NCBI GenBank assembly: GCA_964199315.1
Contig: OZ116707.1
Span: 28,086,001-28,150,000, forward strand
Direction of reading: 5' to 3'
DNA from: Orbicella franksi
Lineage: Eukaryota
DNA: 64,000 nucleotides
Part shown: positions 63,429-64,000 of the stretch, piece by piece
Layout of the letters: each line of letters opens with the position of its first letter
Position numbering within the stretch: position 1 is the stretch's first letter
Notes under the pieces: model-generated
What the model was told of the DNA's origin: nothing
Databases searched by the model: none
The model's input: the letters and a program-made list of their open reading frames with translations, nothing else
Translations under genes and position numbers: made by a program

Positions 63429-64000
63429 ACATTTAGTTATCGGGGTGAAAAGGGGTATAGAGAAACTACTTTTCAGCAATTGACTGTAGATTCAGGACAC
63501 TTCAAGAAAGCAAGGTTAATAACTGAATAGCGATTAAAAGGATTCATAACCTTCGGGATTTTTGTTATTTAGTACACTTGGGAGAACGAAGAATGAATCA
63601 GTTGGAACATGAACTACCGGCGAGTTCTCCAAAATATTTTTGAGCAACTAAAGCTGTCAGTTTACATCTTTAGGTTTAGAGGAATCTCACCAATACTCAC
63701 AAAATGCAATAATTGCATGTCACTGGTAGTAAACGAAAGCTCTTGGAAATACAGTTTCATTGGAAAAAATATACCGGCATACAATTTATACTACTAGAAA
63801 TGTTTCTCTACGCTACTCTTTCCCTTATCCTTGTGCTCATAAAATAAGTATGCTTCAATGCACTTTGTAAGCCTCTAAGATCTTAGTGCCACGTGAGTCA
63901 CAAAAAATGGCTTGGAATTTTGTCGGATTTCTTCGCTTGCTGCGCATACGTGTTCACAGACTTCGCACGGTGAAGAACGAGGAGGAAATCAGGGTTTCTT

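Noticed and set aside
1-64000. tRNA, rRNA, operons, phage or prokaryotic defence genes
   Set aside because: None recognised by eye. Intron and repeat content is that of an animal genome. tRNAscan or Infernal would be needed to exclude small RNAs.

Overview
AT-rich eukaryotic genomic DNA with GT-AG introns, MITEs and one N gap (30976-31113). The repeat types suggest a cnidarian, probably a stony coral; this is inference. Only two genes are recognisable: a two-coding-exon RBM24/RBM38-type RRM gene (23793-25253) and a disrupted class A GPCR pseudogene (32362-33363). The main result is six dispersed, single-coding-exon ORFs (1884, 6131, 19291 on the minus strand, 29889, 37825, 59604) encoding basic, Ser/Arg/Pro-rich, probably disordered proteins of 174-280 aa that look unrelated in the DNA but share short motifs. 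Four end in the same ungapped helix, K-x3-[LI]-x2-[WF]-L-x2-Q, although one has C in place of the final Q. Two start with the same coiled-coil motif, resembling CCDC190 as I recall it. All six carry LPx[LI] and R/K-S-x-S motifs, and three carry PP1-type RVxF motifs. CRE palindromes, E-boxes and an RFX X-box lie upstream of several of them. This looks like an old, unannotated cluster of motif-based adaptor or regulator genes. The window also holds a decayed ~3-kb tandem duplication with an internal ~950-bp triplication, a 121-bp minisatellite and nested MITEs. All alignments and counts were done by eye; no database was searched.
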